Shown here piece by piece: positions 15,555-18,218 of a DNA stretch of 18,218 nucleotides (within the stretch, counting starts at the first letter, position 1; each line of letters opens with the position of its first letter). The notes beneath the pieces are model-generated. The model did no database searches, had not been told where the DNA came from, and saw only the letters and a program-made list of their open reading frames with translations. Made by a program: the position numbers and the translations under genes. The stretch is from Pseudomonadota bacterium (GTDB taxonomy: Bacteria > Bdellovibrionota > FAC87 > UBA2466), in assembly GCA_043767805.1 (NCBI GenBank), contig JAYUGC010000012.1:1-18218 (forward strand), read 5' to 3'.

Positions 15555-17117
15555 ATGAAAAAGCGGTCCTTTAGAGATCGGATCCCTGGCCTCATTAACA
15601 CGCTCTTGGGAGTGCTCATCGGAGTCACTCTCGGCCTCGGGTTCGGCTATTACAAAACGAGCGAGGCCGCTCCCAACTACGAGTACCTGGACCTCTTCAC
15701 CAAGGTCCTCCACTTCGTGCAAAGCAACTACGTCGAAGAGACGGACACGAAGAAGCTGGTCGAGGGCGCCATCAAAGGGATGCTCGCCACTCTCGACCCG
15801 CACACGGTTTATCTTCCGCCGGAACAGTTCAAAGAGATGCAGGTGGATACCTCGGGTAAGTTCGGAGGTCTCGGTATCGAGATCACCATCACCGACGGCT
15901 ATCTCACGGTCGTGACCCCCATCGAGGACACGCCGGCCTATCTCGCGGGCGTCGAGCCCGGCGATCGCATCATGTCCATCGAGGACAAAGAAGCGAAGCT
16001 GAAGAAAGATACCAAGGGCCTCTCGCTCCAGGACGCCGTGAACTTCATGCGCGGCAAGCCGGGCAGCAAGGTCACCATCCATGTCGCGAGAAAGAACGAG
16101 AAGAAGTTCATCGCCATCGAGCTCAAACGCGACATCATCAAAGTCGTGAGCGTGAAGTCGGGTCTTCTCGATAAAGACTACGGCTGGCTCCGCATCACCA
16201 ATTTCCAGTCGAACACCACGCGCGATCTTCAGAAGAACCTCGAGAAGCTCATTACCGACAACAAAGGCCCCTTAAAAGGCGTGGTTCTCGACTTGCGGCA
16301 CAATCCGGGCGGTCTTCTGGAAGAAGCGGTCAATGTGTCGGGCCTCTTCCTCGGTAAAACGGGCGTGGTCTCGACGATCGGCCGCAACAAGAAGCACAAA
16401 GAAGTGGAGTTCTCCAACCCCAAGAAGTCTTACCGGGATTTCAAGATGGCGGTTCTCGTGAACGAAGCGAGCGCCAGTGCTTCCGAAATCGTCGCGGGCG
16501 CGTTGCAAGACAACAAGCGCGCGGTCATCGTTGGCAAGCAGACCTTCGGCAAAGGCTCGGTCCAGACGGTCATCGATCTCGAGAACAAATCGGGATTGAA
16601 GCTCACTGTCGCGCGTTATTACACGCCGAACGGCCGCTCCATTCAGTCTTTGGGCATCACGCCCGACATCGAAGTCGATCGCATCGATCCCGCGCTAGTC
16701 GAGAAAGCTCGTAAGGGCCGCGTGCTCCGCGAATCCGATCTCTCCAACCACATCCGGGGCGAGAACGAGAAGGACTCCGATAAGAAGAGCGAAGACGACG
16801 ACGAGTCGTCCATCGTGAAAGACGAAACGCTCGCCAAAGACGGCAAGGAAAAGGAAGACGAGAAGGACCAGCGCCCTGTCACCATGAAGGACGGCAAGAA
16901 AGTCCGCGTCACCGATCCTAAGATGATGCTCAAAACCGACTTCCAGTTGCAGCAAGCCATGAGCTACCTCAAGGCTTGGGGCATCTTCCAGGCCTCCGAT
17001 GAATCGGCGAGAAAGAGCACGGCGGGCGCCACGGCGTCGGTCGATCCTTCGACCCTGGAGAACCGCAACGTTCAGAGCACGGACGACAAAGACAAGAAAG
17101 ACAAAGAAACGAAGTAG
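15555..17117 (+). CDS. ctpA: Carboxyl-terminal processing protease, S41A family with PDZ domain
   Basis: AAGGAG Shine-Dalgarno; GAIKGMLATLDPH, GKFGGLGIEI (PDZ), LDLRHNPGGLL, SASASEIVAGALQD, TFGKGSVQ, LTVARYYTPNGRSIQ, DFQLQQA. Confidence 0.96.
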   Translation: MKKRSFRDRIPGLINTLLGVLIGVTLGLGFGYYKTSEAAPNYEYLDLFTKVLHFVQSNYVEETDTKKLVEGAIKGMLATLDPHTVYLPPEQFKEMQVDTSGKFGGLGIEITITDGYLTVVTPIEDTPAYLAGVEPGDRIMSIEDKEAKLKKDTKGLSLQDAVNFMRGKPGSKVTIHVARKNEKKFIAIELKRDIIKVVSVKSGLLDKDYGWLRITNFQSNTTRDLQKNLEKLITDNKGPLKGVVLDLRHNPGGLLEEAVNVSGLFLGKTGVVSTIGRNKKHKEVEFSNPKKSYRDFKMAVLVNEASASASEIVAGALQDNKRAVIVGKQTFGKGSVQTVIDLENKSGLKLTVARYYTPNGRSIQSLGITPDIEVDRIDPALVEKARKGRVLRESDLSNHIRGENEKDSDKKSEDDDESSIVKDETLAKDGKEKEDEKDQRPVTMKDGKKVRVTDPKMMLKTDFQLQQAMSYLKAWGIFQASDESARKSTAGATASVDPSTLENRNVQSTDDKDKKDKETK

Positions 17118-17143
17118 TCGTCTAGAGTCGCATTTAGTCCGCG

Positions 17144-17180
17144 AAAAGCCCGGTCTTCCGAGGGGGAGGCCGGGCTTTTT
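17144..17180 (+). terminator. Rho-independent terminator of ctpA (possibly bidirectional)
   Basis: AAAAGCCCGGTCTTCC-gagg-GGGAGGCCGGGCTTTTT: a GC stem with a U-tract, about 27 nt after the stop. Confidence 0.88.
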
Positions 17181-17340
17181 CATTGCCTCGCGTCACGGAA
17201 ACGTGGCCCAAGTTGTCATAATTCTTCACTTATTTGAAGTTTATTGTTAACGGTATCTGCCCCTTAAATTTCCTCGGTCGCTGCCAACGAATACATTTCG
17301 CTGCATACAGCGCCCAATGGGCATTTGGAGGGTTAGTTAT

Positions 17341-18218
17341 ATGCGGAAGCTTCTACTGGCGCTTCTTACGGTTACTGCGGTTTCGCAGGCGTACGAAGCG
17401 GTCCCTGGTGAATACGTCGTCCGTTTCAAGGACGTAACGGCCGCGAGAGAATATCTCGCGAACCCCACGTACTCGAATCTGGGCCAATACACGATTCTGA
17501 AAACGTACGCGGCCCCCTTGGCTGTCGTTCGCTTTTCTCGCGGCGCCGACGTGAATGGCTCGCTCCGGTCGATGTCGACCGCTAAGCAAATTGCGTACAT
17601 CGAGCCCAACTACATCTACACGATCCCGGCCGGCATGGATCGTTTCGACCACGCGATCAACCGTCAGGCCCAAAAGCCTAACGACGATCGTTTCGATGAG
17701 CTTTGGGGCCTCGCGAACCGTGGCGACAACGGCGGCGTCGCCGGTGTCGACATCAACGCTCTCAAAGCGTGGGGCGCTACCAAGGGCCGTCCCGAGATCA
17801 TCGTGGCCGTGATCGATACCGGTATCGATTACACCCATCCCGATCTCGCGGCGAACATGTGGAAGAACACCAAAGAAATCCCCGGCAACGGCAAAGATGA
17901 CGACGGCAACGGCTTCGTCGACGACGTGTACGGCTACGATTTCGCCAACAAAGACGGCGATCCTATGGACGACAACCGCCACGGCTCGCATTGCGCGGGC
18001 ACGATCGGCGCCGTTCATAACAACAAAGTCGGCGTTGCCGGCGTGATGGGCTCCGTCCGTCTGATGCCGGTGAAGTTCCTCACCGGTTCGGGCAGCGGCT
18101 CTCTTTCCGCCGCGGTGGAAGCCATCAGCTACGCGACCAAAATGGGCGCGCACGTGATGTCGAACTCTTGGGGCGGCGGCGGCTACTCCAAGGCCATGGA
18201 AGAAGTCATCAAGCTCGC
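17341..18218 (+). CDS. Secreted subtilisin-like S8 serine protease (3'-truncated by window; absent from ORF track)
   Basis: GGAGG upstream. Hand translation gives the MRKLLLALLTVTAVSQA signal, the VPGEYVVRFK..YIEPNY propeptide, VAVIDTGIDYTHPDL (Asp), DDDGNGFVDDVYGYDF, HGSHCAGTIGA (His) and SNSWGGG. The frame is open to the window end. Confidence 0.95.
   Translation, partial: MRKLLLALLTVTAVSQAYEAVPGEYVVRFKDVTAAREYLANPTYSNLGQYTILKTYAAPLAVVRFSRGADVNGSLRSMSTAKQIAYIEPNYIYTIPAGMDRFDHAINRQAQKPNDDRFDELWGLANRGDNGGVAGVDINALKAWGATKGRPEIIVAVIDTGIDYTHPDLAANMWKNTKEIPGNGKDDDGNGFVDDVYGYDFANKDGDPMDDNRHGSHCAGTIGAVHNNKVGVAGVMGSVRLMPVKFLTGSGSGSLSAAVEAISYATKMGAHVMSNSWGGGGYSKAMEEVIKL

Noticed and set aside
15486..18153. 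Antisense ORFs 15486-16082, 16695-17183 and 17353-18153
   Set aside because: They are shadows of ctpA and the S8 protease caused by GC codon bias and show no motifs.

Overview
GC-rich bacterial chromosomal segment. A Bdellovibrionota/Oligoflexia- or delta-proteobacteria-like origin is inferred from gene content only. It holds about 19 genes. On the minus strand are a CNNM/CorC-plsC-lipoprotein unit and a long tsaD-rsmA-fadL-like-panB-panC-DUF502-smpB-persulfide dioxygenase-ybaN-pldB-like run. Also present are a GST and a PilZ gene, a secreted lipase-like gene, an orphan TadG-like gene, a ctpA/S41 protease with its terminator, and a truncated S8 subtilase missing from the ORF track. The most unusual feature is non-coding. 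Positions 1-358 are an ordered array of alternating GGCTGAAC/GTTCAGCC octamers, in which fixed 32-33 nt spacers alternate with variable-length hairpins containing G.U pairs. The central TCTTAAAAGGT/ACCTTTTAAGA inverted repeat of this array recurs 12 kb away, upstream of tsaD, around a different hairpin cargo. No transposase, integrase, cas, rRNA or tRNA gene is visible.
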